Of a stretch of DNA of 41,018 nucleotides, positions 7,791 through 17,477 are shown piece by piece. Origin of the DNA: a virus (taxonomy: Duplodnaviria; Caudoviricetes); the IMG/VR virus record IMGVR_UViG_3300012676_000002, positions 1-41,018 of that record. The stretch is one strand, 5' to 3'. The translations under genes were made by a program, and so were the position numbers. Position 1 is the first letter of the stretch. Each line of letters begins with the position of its first letter. The notes below the pieces were generated by a model. It was not told the origin of the DNA, did no database searches, and worked only from the letters and a program-made list of their open reading frames with translations.

Positions 7791-8057
7791 TTGTCATTTA
7801 ATTTTGATGAATATAGAATTGTAAAGCAAAACGGAGCTATACTCAGCGGCACGAAAACTAATCCAGAAATTAGTGTTAAAGAGTATGATTTTCGTTCCGG
7901 TGTGCAACTTCCAAATACTCTTAGTGCGATTGATCTGGCGGCATTGAGAGAGATTATATTACTCTATCAAAACAAATTGTCTAGTTTACAAGAACTTTTT
8001 ACAGATATACAAACGTTGCCAGATAACCTCCTGACAACGCGAGTGCCACTAGGATAA
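7791..8057 (+). CDS. Hypothetical protein
   Basis: AGGAG RBS before TTG; in operon orientation. Confidence 0.6.
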   Translation: MSFNFDEYRIVKQNGAILSGTKTNPEISVKEYDFRSGVQLPNTLSAIDLAALREIILLYQNKLSSLQELFTDIQTLPDNLLTTRVPLG

Positions 8058-8062
8058 AATTT

Positions 8063-9445
8063 ATGCGCGGATTCAAACAGGAATTGTTAGAGGATACTAA
8101 AATTGATATCCCTTACAAATACTCTCCGCGTATTTACCAAACTCCAATTTTTACTGCTTTAGACGAAGGCATTAAACGCATTGGAGCCGTGTGGCACCGC
8201 CGCGCAGGTAAAGATGTCACATGCTGGAATGCGCTGATTCGTGAAGCCGCAAAGAATGTGGGCACCTACTTTTACATATTTCCCCTGCTCAACCAAGCTC
8301 GAAAAGCTGTGTGGCAAGCGCGAGGGAAGAGTGGAATACGCTTCCTCGATCACATTCCCGAGCAGTTACGGAGAGGTGATCCTAAAGAAGTTGAAATGTT
8401 GGTGCCGTTATGGAATGGATCAATTATTCAGTTACTAGGATCAGATAATGCAGGAGCTTATCGTGGAACTAATCCCCTCGGAGTCGTCTTCTCAGAGTTT
8501 GCCTTCTCTGACCCTGCCGTGTGGGATACGTTTCGACCCATTCTTGCAGAGAATGGTGGTTTCGCCATTTTCAATTCCACTCCCTGCGGGAAAAATCACT
8601 ATTACGATCTCTACCACAAAACACAATTCAATCCCCGGTGGAGATGGAACATCCTGACAGTAAACGACACCTTCCGAGAAGATGGTGTAACGCCTGTAGT
8701 AACACAGGACATGATCGAAGAAGATCGACTGTCGGGGATGGACGAAGAGTTTCTACAACAGGAATACTACTGTAGTTTCACTGGAACTCGCGTAGGCAGC
8801 TATTATGGCAAATTGGTGGAGCAAGCCGAAGCCGAAGGCCGAATTGGAATTAACGTGTCTTACGATCCCAAGTTTCCAGTGTACACTGCGTGGGATATTG
8901 GGACACGAGATGCAACTACTGTTTGGTTTTATCAGAAACACGGTCGCGCAGTTCATTTTATCGACTATTACGAAGATTCGGGCGAAGGTGTAGAGCACTA
9001 TATCAAACATCTGTACAAACAGCCTTATGTCTATGGAAAGAATTACGCACCCCACGATATCAAGAAGAGAGACTTTTCATCTGGAAAGAATGCTTTTGAT
9101 GTGGCATCTTCGATTACGGGGAAGTTGAGTTTCTTTGAAGTGGTGCCTAAGATTTCTATCAATGATGGTATTCAGGCTGTTCGGTCAATCTTTCCGCGAT
9201 GCCATTTCAATTCAGTGAAGTGTAAGCGCGGTCTAGAAGCATTAAAAGATTATCACAAGAAGTGGGATCAAGACAAACGGATTTTTGCAGCGGTTCCGGC
9301 ACATACATGGTCATCTCATGGCGCAGATGGATTCCGAGTATTCGCGCAGAGTTATGAAGAGGTCCAAGTGTTGACAGAAGAACCTAAGATGCGAAGGCCA
9401 TATGGTTCCAGGGCTGAAAGTGACACAAGCTGGATGAGAGGTTAA
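8063..9445 (+). CDS. terL: Terminase large subunit
   Basis: YQ adenine-binding motif, HRRAGKD Walker A, VVFSE Walker B, STP motif, and AWDIG and SHGADG nuclease motifs. Confidence 0.95.
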   Translation: MRGFKQELLEDTKIDIPYKYSPRIYQTPIFTALDEGIKRIGAVWHRRAGKDVTCWNALIREAAKNVGTYFYIFPLLNQARKAVWQARGKSGIRFLDHIPEQLRRGDPKEVEMLVPLWNGSIIQLLGSDNAGAYRGTNPLGVVFSEFAFSDPAVWDTFRPILAENGGFAIFNSTPCGKNHYYDLYHKTQFNPRWRWNILTVNDTFREDGVTPVVTQDMIEEDRLSGMDEEFLQQEYYCSFTGTRVGSYYGKLVEQAEAEGRIGINVSYDPKFPVYTAWDIGTRDATTVWFYQKHGRAVHFIDYYEDSGEGVEHYIKHLYKQPYVYGKNYAPHDIKKRDFSSGKNAFDVASSITGKLSFFEVVPKISINDGIQAVRSIFPRCHFNSVKCKRGLEALKDYHKKWDQDKRIFAAVPAHTWSSHGADGFRVFAQSYEEVQVLTEEPKMRRPYGSRAESDTSWMRG

Positions 9446-9446
9446 A

Positions 9447-11462
9447 TTGACTACGATTGAAGAAGAAGCCTCTCCAGTCTCGGAGCAGACAGACTTCATA
9501 CGAGAAGCAATGTCGCGTATGCGCGTTGCGACAGAGTATGATCGGCACAATCGGCAAGCGTTCCAAGAAGACATGCGGTTTATGAACGGTGAGCAGTGGG
9601 ACACCGGGATTAAGCAGGATCGTGATCTCGATGGCCGCCCCTCATTGGTGTTGAATCAGCTTCCTCAGTTTGTTGACCAGATTATGGGCGATATTCGGTT
9701 GAATCGGCCCCGTATTAAAGTGCGACCCTCGACCAGCGCTGCATCTGTTGCTATTGCTAAAATCTTCGATGGCATTATCCGTAATATCGAGTATTATTCG
9801 ACGGCTGAGAGCGTCTATGATAGTGCAGCCGAGTCAATGGTAACGGGCGGTTACGGGGCATGGCGAATCATCACAAAGTATGAAGGTGACGATTCCTTCA
9901 ACCAAAAGATTTGTATTGAGTGGATTCCAAATCCGCTTAGTGTCTACTTCGATCCTCGTCCTTACGACTTGTCGAAGGAAGACGCAAACTGGTGTTTCGT
10001 GACTGAGTGGGTCACTCGTGACGAATTTAAGCGACGATACCCCAAGAAACAACCCGTCTCGATTCCCGAGTCAGGTACAGGCGATTCGTCTGGTTGGTTT
10101 GAAAAAGATAAAGTGAAGATTTCCGAATATTGGATTCGGGAAGCTATTGAAAAGAAAATTGTCCAACTTTCTGACGGTCGTGTCATGACCTCCGAAAAAG
10201 CTACGGAGGCTATTGAGCAAGCCAAGTTACAAGAGAACCTAGCTGCTCTGGAAAGTGGACAACCTATACAGTCCCAAGTCCCTACTATTGTCAAAGACCG
10301 AATGGTATCTTCACACACAGTGAAGCGATATGTCATCTATGGTTTGGGTGAGTTGGAGGGGCCTGAAGTGTTTCCTGGTACCATCATTCCGATTATCCCT
10401 GTATACGGAAAAATGGTGGTAGTGGATGGCAAACGATTCATCCGTGGGATGGTTCGTATGGCCAAAGACGCTCAGCGCATGTATAATTACTGGCGTTCTG
10501 CAGAAACAGAGTTCGTCGCGTTACAGCCGAAGTCTCCATGGATCGGCACAGCGAAGCAAGTCGAAGGCCACGAAACACAGTGGAAATTGGCGAATAAGCG
10601 TAATATTGCATATCTCAAATATAATGGAGACCCGGCTGCTCAAGGTCCACCCCAAAGACAACAGCCTCCCGCTGCGTCTCCTGGGATGTTTCAGGGTTCG
10701 ACTCAGGCTCTCGAAGACATTCGAGGGACGATGGGTCTCCACGAAGCCTCACTTGGAATGAATGGAAATGAGCGCACTGGGAAGGCCATTGAAGCGAAAG
10801 AGCGCACAGGTGATGTAGGCAACTTCGCGTATGTGGACAACCTATGCAAGGCAATGCGCCTGACTGGTCGAATTCTCGTAGACATCATTCCAGAGATTCA
10901 TGATACTGCTCAAGAACTGATGATTCGGCAACACACAGGAGAAGAGACGCCTGTGATGATCAATCAGCCTGGTGAAGAGCGAGGGCAGATGATCAATGAT
11001 TTGTCTGCTGGCAAATATGAAGCGATGGTGGACACAGGGCCATCTTATACAACTGCTCGACAGGAAGCTGCTGCTGGGATGTTAGGTTTTGCTTCAGTCT
11101 TTCCTGAAGCTGCGCCGTTGATTCAAGATTTGGTGGCGAAGTCCCAAGATTGGGAGTTTGCTCAGGAAATTTCTGAGAGACTCAAGAGAACGATTCCTCC
11201 GGCTATTTTGCTTGGTTCTGAAAATATTCCCCAACAGCCACCGTCGTCTGATGAACGTATTTCAGAGTCGAAGGCTCAGCAAGCAGAAGCAAAAGTTCAA
11301 AGAGAGTTGCTTAAAGTTGACGAGGAAAAGATCCAAGTCATGCGGGCGGCTCTTGAATTACAGAAAGATAAAGCTGGTAACGATGTCAAGAAAATGGTTC
11401 TTGACGTTCTCTCAGATTTGCTCAAGGGCTCCGAAGGGGCCAAGCAAAACACAGACACCTAA
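9447..11462 (+). CDS. Portal protein (P22 gp1-like)
   Basis: GEQW..R..DGRPSLVLN, IPIIPVYG, KDAQRMYNYW and GKY...DTGPSYTTARQEA motifs; follows TerL. Confidence 0.93.
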   Translation: MTTIEEEASPVSEQTDFIREAMSRMRVATEYDRHNRQAFQEDMRFMNGEQWDTGIKQDRDLDGRPSLVLNQLPQFVDQIMGDIRLNRPRIKVRPSTSAASVAIAKIFDGIIRNIEYYSTAESVYDSAAESMVTGGYGAWRIITKYEGDDSFNQKICIEWIPNPLSVYFDPRPYDLSKEDANWCFVTEWVTRDEFKRRYPKKQPVSIPESGTGDSSGWFEKDKVKISEYWIREAIEKKIVQLSDGRVMTSEKATEAIEQAKLQENLAALESGQPIQSQVPTIVKDRMVSSHTVKRYVIYGLGELEGPEVFPGTIIPIIPVYGKMVVVDGKRFIRGMVRMAKDAQRMYNYWRSAETEFVALQPKSPWIGTAKQVEGHETQWKLANKRNIAYLKYNGDPAAQGPPQRQQPPAASPGMFQGSTQALEDIRGTMGLHEASLGMNGNERTGKAIEAKERTGDVGNFAYVDNLCKAMRLTGRILVDIIPEIHDTAQELMIRQHTGEETPVMINQPGEERGQMINDLSAGKYEAMVDTGPSYTTARQEAAAGMLGFASVFPEAAPLIQDLVAKSQDWEFAQEISERLKRTIPPAILLGSENIPQQPPSSDERISESKAQQAEAKVQRELLKVDEEKIQVMRAALELQKDKAGNDVKKMVLDVLSDLLKGSEGAKQNTDT

Positions 11463-11480
11463 ACCAAGAAAGGATCATCT

Positions 11481-11642
11481 GTGAAAATTCATACCGACGA
11501 GGCTCAGCCGAAGCAAGCCGTGGTCAAAGAGTCCGAGGCGAAACCGAAAGGTTTTGGCGCAGATCGTCAACCGGAGCCGTCTCTCGATCCAGATCCGATG
11601 CACAAGGGTTCGTTTAGCCCTCACAAATCGAGTCCGAGATAA
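11481..11642 (+). CDS. Small hypothetical protein (53 aa)
   Basis: AAGGA RBS, GTG start; fills the gap between portal and scaffold. Confidence 0.5.
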   Translation: MKIHTDEAQPKQAVVKESEAKPKGFGADRQPEPSLDPDPMHKGSFSPHKSSPR

Positions 11643-11701
11643 GAGAAGGTTTCACCAAACAGGTACTCAAACCTTAATTTGAGGCAAAGGGGAGAACTAA
11701 C

Positions 11702-12550
11702 GTGGCTGACCTAGCTACCGATACCGTTGATACGGGCACTGAAGTTGTTGTTCTAGATACTACCTCACAAGAGGGCGCTGTCGTTAAACCAGAAGGGTCT
11801 AACACCGAGACGGGTGTTGACAAACCAGATGCAAACGAACCACCTGAGGATCAAACCCCGGAGTGGGCAGTAAAGCGTTTCGCAAAACTCACTGCACAGC
11901 GCGAAGAGGAAAAACGGCTACGCGAGTCTGCCGAAGTTGAACGGGAAGCCTACAAGAAACTGCTCTTTGAAAGAGGGCAGAAGCCTGAAGAAATCAAACC
12001 TGAGCCCAAGGCTGTTCAACTTGTTGCGCCGAAGGCCGACGACTTCGACAACTATGATGCTTATATTGATGCGTGCGTAGACTATAAAGTGCAAGTCACA
12101 CTTCAGAAACGAGATGCTACGGCATCAGTTCAAACTGAAGCACAAAACTTGCAAACGAAATTCGTGCAAAGTGTAGAGAAGTTCAAAGAGAAGACCCCAG
12201 ACTACGATGCTGCGGTATCAAATCCTGCATTTGTCCAGTCTCCGGCTCTTATTGAAGCAGTGCTTTACAGCGAGATGGGGCCACAAATCGCTTACTATTT
12301 GGCGAAGAACGTGGCGGAAACCAATCGCCTAAATCGTTTGAATCCGGTTGCCGTAGCACGGGAAATCGGACGGTTGGAAGAGCGTCTCACGCCTTCTCAA
12401 CCAAAGAAAGTCACAGATGCCCCTGCGCCAATTAAAGCTGTCGGTGGGAATGGCACAGATAAAGTGTCGAAAGACCCCAAAGACATGACTATGGACGAGT
12501 ATGCGGACTACCGCAAATCGACCACGGCGTGGAAAGGGCGGAAACGCTAA
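11702..12550 (+). CDS. Scaffolding protein
   Basis: Acidic N-terminus, coiled coil, GPQIAYYLAKN...REIGRLE and MTMDEY C-terminus; precedes the coat gene. Confidence 0.85.
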   Translation: MADLATDTVDTGTEVVVLDTTSQEGAVVKPEGSNTETGVDKPDANEPPEDQTPEWAVKRFAKLTAQREEEKRLRESAEVEREAYKKLLFERGQKPEEIKPEPKAVQLVAPKADDFDNYDAYIDACVDYKVQVTLQKRDATASVQTEAQNLQTKFVQSVEKFKEKTPDYDAAVSNPAFVQSPALIEAVLYSEMGPQIAYYLAKNVAETNRLNRLNPVAVAREIGRLEERLTPSQPKKVTDAPAPIKAVGGNGTDKVSKDPKDMTMDEYADYRKSTTAWKGRKR

Positions 12551-12561
12551 AAGGAAGGTAA

Positions 12562-13731
12562 ATGGCAAATACGCTACTCACTCCTGCAATTATCGCTAAG
12601 GAAGCGGCGTTGCAGTTGGTGAACAACCTCGTGTTCGCTCGCTTGGCGAACAAAGAGTACAAAGCGGACTTCGGGATGAAGGTTGGTGAATCAGTCACCT
12701 ACCGCAAGCCGGTGCGCTTTGTTGCTACTTCGGGTGCCCCTCTGAATCTGCAGAATGTTACTGAGCAGTCTGACACGATTCAGATCGGATTCCGATATCA
12801 TGTGGGATGGCCCTTCTCTTCGAGGGACCTGACGTTGACCGTTGACCAATATGTCGAACGGTACGTTAAACCGGCTTGTATCCAGTTGGCCAATCAGGTT
12901 GACATGGATGGTGCGAGCTTGTATAAGGATGTGTACAACACGACTGGTGTTGCGAGTGGGTCAGTTGATTTTGACGCCCTGCTTGATACGAAACAAAAGA
13001 TGACCGAGTTCGCTGTGCCTCAGAATGACCGCTTCGCGGCGCTGAAGCCTGCTTCTGCTCGGACCTTGCTGGGGTCATTGACTGCGAATGTGTTTCAGCC
13101 TTCGCTCGTTGAAGATATCACCAAGGAAGCGTCTGTGGGTCGGTTGAGTGGTTTTGATCTCTACGAAGGTCAGAATGTGCTCAGTCACACTGCTGGTACC
13201 GCTGCGACGATTACGCTCGCATCGAATCCTGCTGAAGGTGCAACTTCGGTGAGTTTGACTGCTGGTACTCCTGGTACCTTGGTCAAAGGGGATGTGATTA
13301 CGTTTGCGGTTTGTAACGCAATCAATCCGATCAATAAACAGGATCTTGATTACGCGGCTCAGTTCGTTGTGACGGCTACTACGTCTGTCACGACTGCTAC
13401 CTCTGTGCCGATCTCTCCTGCGATGTATGCCACTGGTCCTTACCAGAACGTGACGGCTCTGCCGACCACGGGCTCGGATGTTGTCACGCTCTTGGCTTCG
13501 CACAAAGCGAACCTGGCGTTTCAGCGGAATGCGTTCTCTCTGGTGACGGTGCCGTTGGATGTACCGGAGGGTGTGGTGTGGAGTGAGTCGGTTGAGTATC
13601 AGGGTATGGCGATTCGCTTGATCAAAGACTACGATATCACCAATGACTTTCAGATTGCTCGTTTGGATGTGATGTATGGGTGGAAAACCACCTATCCTGA
13701 TTTGGCGGTTCGTGTCCTTGGTAGTGCGTAA
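12562..13731 (+). CDS. Major capsid protein (P22 coat family)
   Basis: MANTLLT..IAKEA, LVKGDVITFA and RLDVMYGW motifs; AAGGAAGG RBS. Confidence 0.93.
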   Translation: MANTLLTPAIIAKEAALQLVNNLVFARLANKEYKADFGMKVGESVTYRKPVRFVATSGAPLNLQNVTEQSDTIQIGFRYHVGWPFSSRDLTLTVDQYVERYVKPACIQLANQVDMDGASLYKDVYNTTGVASGSVDFDALLDTKQKMTEFAVPQNDRFAALKPASARTLLGSLTANVFQPSLVEDITKEASVGRLSGFDLYEGQNVLSHTAGTAATITLASNPAEGATSVSLTAGTPGTLVKGDVITFAVCNAINPINKQDLDYAAQFVVTATTSVTTATSVPISPAMYATGPYQNVTALPTTGSDVVTLLASHKANLAFQRNAFSLVTVPLDVPEGVVWSESVEYQGMAIRLIKDYDITNDFQIARLDVMYGWKTTYPDLAVRVLGSA

Positions 13732-13744
13732 GGAGGAATGAGAG

Positions 13745-13963
13745 ATGGCGGATTCAACTACGACATCAATTAAACGGTTTGATAATCCAAAGAACCCTGA
13801 TGGAACGACTCTGGGGCAGACTTCTGCCGATCCAATTTCGTTCCACGGAGCAACTCCTGTTGCTCAGCAAACGGTTACTGGCTCGCGCGGTGGTAACGCT
13901 GCCCTGGCTAGTTTGCTGACTGCGCTGGATACTCTGGGAATCATTGTGGATTCTTCGAGCTAA
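13745..13963 (+). CDS. Small capsid-associated protein
   Basis: PDGTTLGQ..DPISFHGATPVAQ...L..LGII; AGGAGG RBS; directly after the coat gene. Confidence 0.75.
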   Translation: MADSTTTSIKRFDNPKNPDGTTLGQTSADPISFHGATPVAQQTVTGSRGGNAALASLLTALDTLGIIVDSSS

Positions 13964-14113
13964 GAAGCTATAAGTACGATGTAGGTTGGCATCTAGCCAA
14001 CTGAGTGGGGGTGGTGTAGGTTGATGTCCAACAGACCGTCTTTTATAAGACGGGAATCATTGGACGATACCGAGGGCATTTGTGGGCACGACTAATAAAG
14101 AGGATGGAATCGC

Positions 14114-14827
14114 GTGGTAATCACGACACAGGACATTATCAATAGCACATTCAAGAAACTAGGAATCTTAGGTCGAGGGGAAACTCTCTCTGCTGATGAT
14201 TCCCAGGATGCGAAACGAGCATTGAATTTAATGCTGGCTTCATGGTCAATTCGGAATGTTGCAACTCTTGTCACTGCCAAAGATGAATTAACGCTAATTC
14301 CAAACCAACGAATCTACACAATTGGAATAACGGTAGGAGCAGATTTTAATACTCCGAGACCAAAGATGGTGTTTTATGCATCTCTCGAAGATGAAAATCA
14401 ATTCTTTCGTCCTATTGATGTTATTTCGGATGAACAGTATAGTTTGTACGGAGACCGACTGATTACTATTGGTGTTCCGAATCGAATGGTCTACGAAGCG
14501 ACACTGCCGAATGGTACGATTACGTTGTACTTCATTCCAGACAAACCGTACATATTACACATCGACAGTCAGAAAGCGTTTGCCGAAATTACTGCACTTG
14601 ATGCAGAATTTGATTTGGATGAAGCGTATCTCGAAGCGATCATCTATAATTTGGCGGTACGTTTGGCACCCGATTACGGGATCGTTCCTGCTCCGTCGAT
14701 TGCCGAGGCAGCCAATAGCTTATTTGACACGTTGCTGGGGTTCACTGCTCCAGATATGTCGGTCTTTCTTGATGTATCTGTGCGACGACCGAGAACACAA
14801 ACCATTTACTCAGGATATGACCCGTAA
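14114..14827 (+). CDS. Head-to-tail adaptor (P22 gp4-like)
   Basis: DII...LGIL..GET....D...ALNLML.SW and AIIYNLAVRLAPDYG motifs. Confidence 0.8.
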   Translation: MVITTQDIINSTFKKLGILGRGETLSADDSQDAKRALNLMLASWSIRNVATLVTAKDELTLIPNQRIYTIGITVGADFNTPRPKMVFYASLEDENQFFRPIDVISDEQYSLYGDRLITIGVPNRMVYEATLPNGTITLYFIPDKPYILHIDSQKAFAEITALDAEFDLDEAYLEAIIYNLAVRLAPDYGIVPAPSIAEAANSLFDTLLGFTAPDMSVFLDVSVRRPRTQTIYSGYDP

Positions 14828-16014
14828 TGAACCTTCAAGATTTCGTTGGGGGGTCCTACCCCGCACAATCGAAGAACGCGAACAACCAGCGCACGATTAA
14901 TTGGGTCCCAACGATTTCAGGCACTCCTGGTGCCGAAGGCAAAACGCCGCTCATTCTTGTTGGAGCACCGGGAATGGAATTGTGGAAGACGCTCGGAGAT
15001 CAGCCGATTCGGGGTCTTCACACAGTCGGTAATGTATTATATGCTGTGACAGGACAAACCGTTTACAAAGTTCTCAATAACAAAATTGCAACGAATATTG
15101 GAACGCTGGAAACTACAGGCGGCAAGGTGTGGATCGAACACAATGCCAACAATGAAGTAGGATTTGTCGATGGCAAGCGTCTCTACATTTACAACTCATT
15201 GACAGATACTTTTTTCCAACCATCACCACAGCCTGTACTCCAACCCACGTCGTTGATGTTTATCAATCAACGGTTCGTTGTGAGCATGGAAAATTCCATG
15301 TTTTTTGCGATCAGTGATATTAACAATGGAGCCGGATGGGACCCAACACAGATTGCGGCTGCTGAATCCGACCCAGATCCTCTTCAAGTGGTGTGGAATC
15401 TTCATCGCCAGATTTATTTGCTAGGGACGCAAACAACTGAAATTTGGTATGATGCTGGTACATCTCCCTTTCCATTCCAACCGACATCTGGCGTGATTGA
15501 TTGGGGGATTGTAGCAGTGAATAGCGCAGCACAAGTGGCTGATACCTTAGCCTGGTTGGGCATTCATAAAGACGGTGGAATTAGTGTGGTGGCAGCGAGT
15601 GGCCTCCAAGCAACAGTGATTTCGACACCAGGTCTTGAGGCGCGGTGGAGCGCCTACCGGACAGTCTCGGATGCGTTTGCGTTTTCGTACCGCCTGGATG
15701 GCAACGATTGTTATGTGATTACTTTTGGGGCCGGAGGAGAAACATTTATTTACGACTTTACAACCGCATTGTGGCACGAGCGGACCAGCTATGACATTGG
15801 AGCTTGGGTCTCGAACGAGGGCGTTCGTTTTGTCAATAAACAACTTGTGGGAGACCGGACCCAAGGCAACATCTACCGGATGTCTGCTAATATTTATCAT
15901 GAAAATGGTTCCCCTATCGTGAAAACTCGTCGCAGTCCGCACATTTGGAATGAGCGGAAGCGATTCACAGTCGCCGCGTTAGAAGTGGAGTTTGAAACGG
16001 GAGTGCTTTCCTAA
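14827..16014 (+). CDS. Tail hub / DNA stabilization protein (P22 gp10-like), N-terminal fragment
   Basis: GDQPIRG, AESDPD, TTEIWY, WHER and LVGD..GNIY motifs; ends at LEVEFETGV and lacks the usual C-terminal ~70 aa. Confidence 0.85.
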   Translation: MNLQDFVGGSYPAQSKNANNQRTINWVPTISGTPGAEGKTPLILVGAPGMELWKTLGDQPIRGLHTVGNVLYAVTGQTVYKVLNNKIATNIGTLETTGGKVWIEHNANNEVGFVDGKRLYIYNSLTDTFFQPSPQPVLQPTSLMFINQRFVVSMENSMFFAISDINNGAGWDPTQIAAAESDPDPLQVVWNLHRQIYLLGTQTTEIWYDAGTSPFPFQPTSGVIDWGIVAVNSAAQVADTLAWLGIHKDGGISVVAASGLQATVISTPGLEARWSAYRTVSDAFAFSYRLDGNDCYVITFGAGGETFIYDFTTALWHERTSYDIGAWVSNEGVRFVNKQLVGDRTQGNIYRMSANIYHENGSPIVKTRRSPHIWNERKRFTVAALEVEFETGVLS

Positions 16015-17228
16015 TGCGGTATCTTCTAGCTGGCAACATCACAGGAACGAATGGGGCCGGGAGACTAGCGTATAGCGACGATGGCACAGCGTTTATACCT
16101 TGTACACTGAACGCCACCCCTGCTACGGCATTTCATGCTGTTGCTGCCTCTGACACACTCTGTATCGCTATTGAGTTAGATAGCTCTAATGGTGATAGTT
16201 ATGTGTGGACTTCGTTGGACGACGGAATTACGTTCGATTATGTAGCGGATCTCTTAGGTATTGAAGTGTCTTCAGTCGTCTATGAGAATGGATTCTTCTA
16301 CGCTGTGGGAGTGAATAGCGGGACCAGTGCAGGAGTGATTTATCGTTCAGCAAACGGCACCGCATGGTCACTCGTACACACAGCGACAGCGAATAGTGAG
16401 TACACAGAAATTATCTTTGCTGAAAATCGCCTCGTTGCAGTAGGTGGAAACTTAACCAACAGTACTGGACTAGTATCTTACAGTACGAACGGGACTGTAT
16501 GGACGACGATTACGCCTGGTAGCCAGCAATTTGAACAAATTGTTTTTTCTACGGTTCTTGGTAGTTATGTGGCTGCATCCGTAGATTTTGTCGATGGTGC
16601 AGTAACTTCTCTGACAGTGAGCGACACTGGGGCTTCCTGGTCTCCCACAGCACTTTCCCAACCGGAAATCAATGAAGCCCGATGTATGGGAGTTGAAGCT
16701 GGGCTAGTGTTGTTTAGTCGCAAACAAAGTGGGCAAACTCCAATTATTTCAGCCACTCTTAATGGGATTTCAGTTGCCGCTACATCTCTTAATGTGGTAT
16801 GGACTTCCGCCAACACCATAAACAGAGTGTATCAAGCTGGTGGAGTGTGGTTTATTCTTGGCAGACGCACAGGCCTCCAGCCATTTTATTCTGCGCCCTC
16901 TCCCGTCTTGAATCTTGGGGTATATGATCTGACCTTAACAGCCCTGACCGGCTTGACAGGGTGGACGAATACCAGAGATGTCGTGGGATTTGATACCGAA
17001 CCGGCTGTGGTAATCAGTAATGTTGTAATCTCGAACATCACGGAGACCGACGCGCTGATTACTTGGGATACCGACGTACCAGCTACGACACAGGTCCAAT
17101 ATGGGACGACAGACGAGTACGGCACAGAAACAGTGCTCGACACAGACCTTGTTGAGGAACACGAAGTTCAACTGTCTGGCCTTCTGCCAGGAACAGTTTA
17201 CCACTTTGAACCTCTTTCGGTGGCATAA
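16014..17228 (+). CDS. Beta-propeller (Asp-box/BNR-like) protein with C-terminal FN3-like domain
   Basis: Repeated S-x-D/N-G-x-x-W/F Asp-boxes; ITWDTD.PATTQVQYG...HEVQLSGLLPGTVYHF. Confidence 0.8.
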   Translation: MRYLLAGNITGTNGAGRLAYSDDGTAFIPCTLNATPATAFHAVAASDTLCIAIELDSSNGDSYVWTSLDDGITFDYVADLLGIEVSSVVYENGFFYAVGVNSGTSAGVIYRSANGTAWSLVHTATANSEYTEIIFAENRLVAVGGNLTNSTGLVSYSTNGTVWTTITPGSQQFEQIVFSTVLGSYVAASVDFVDGAVTSLTVSDTGASWSPTALSQPEINEARCMGVEAGLVLFSRKQSGQTPIISATLNGISVAATSLNVVWTSANTINRVYQAGGVWFILGRRTGLQPFYSAPSPVLNLGVYDLTLTALTGLTGWTNTRDVVGFDTEPAVVISNVVISNITETDALITWDTDVPATTQVQYGTTDEYGTETVLDTDLVEEHEVQLSGLLPGTVYHFEPLSVA

Positions 17229-17477
17229 ATGGCAGATTTTACATTTACTACGCTGAGTATTGAACCTTCCGCACAGCTTCGTTGGTCAAAAGACGGCGGA
17301 CATGTGTGGTCAAACTGGGTAACAGTTAAACTGGGGCGCACAGGTGACCGTTATCGCAGAGCGATATGGCGAAGAATTGGATTAGCGCGAGATATTATGT
17401 TTGAAGTGCAAACAGCCGATGCAGTGAAGTCAGTCATGATCGGAGCATCAATAGATATTATGCCGGGGGATTCCTAA
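17229..17477 (+). CDS. gp10-like tail hub, C-terminal fragment
   Basis: LRWSKDGGHVWSN...G..G.RYRRAIWRRIG.ARD..FEV...D.VK matches the conserved C-terminus of gp10-like proteins. Confidence 0.8.
   Translation: MADFTFTTLSIEPSAQLRWSKDGGHVWSNWVTVKLGRTGDRYRRAIWRRIGLARDIMFEVQTADAVKSVMIGASIDIMPGDS

Noticed and set aside
15990-16020. Programmed -1 frameshift fusing the gp10 N-fragment to the propeller
   Set aside because: No canonical X XXY YYZ slippery site in the short open window; a GGAG RBS and TAATG coupling explain separate translation
16014-17228. Insert as an intron or intein
   Set aside because: It is fully coding for a propeller/FN3 protein, with no intein terminal motifs, homing nuclease or room for a ribozyme core
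17226-17228. Genome-wide stop-codon reassignment
   Set aside because: TAA, TAG and TGA all terminate well-defined genes, and core genes are intact in code 11
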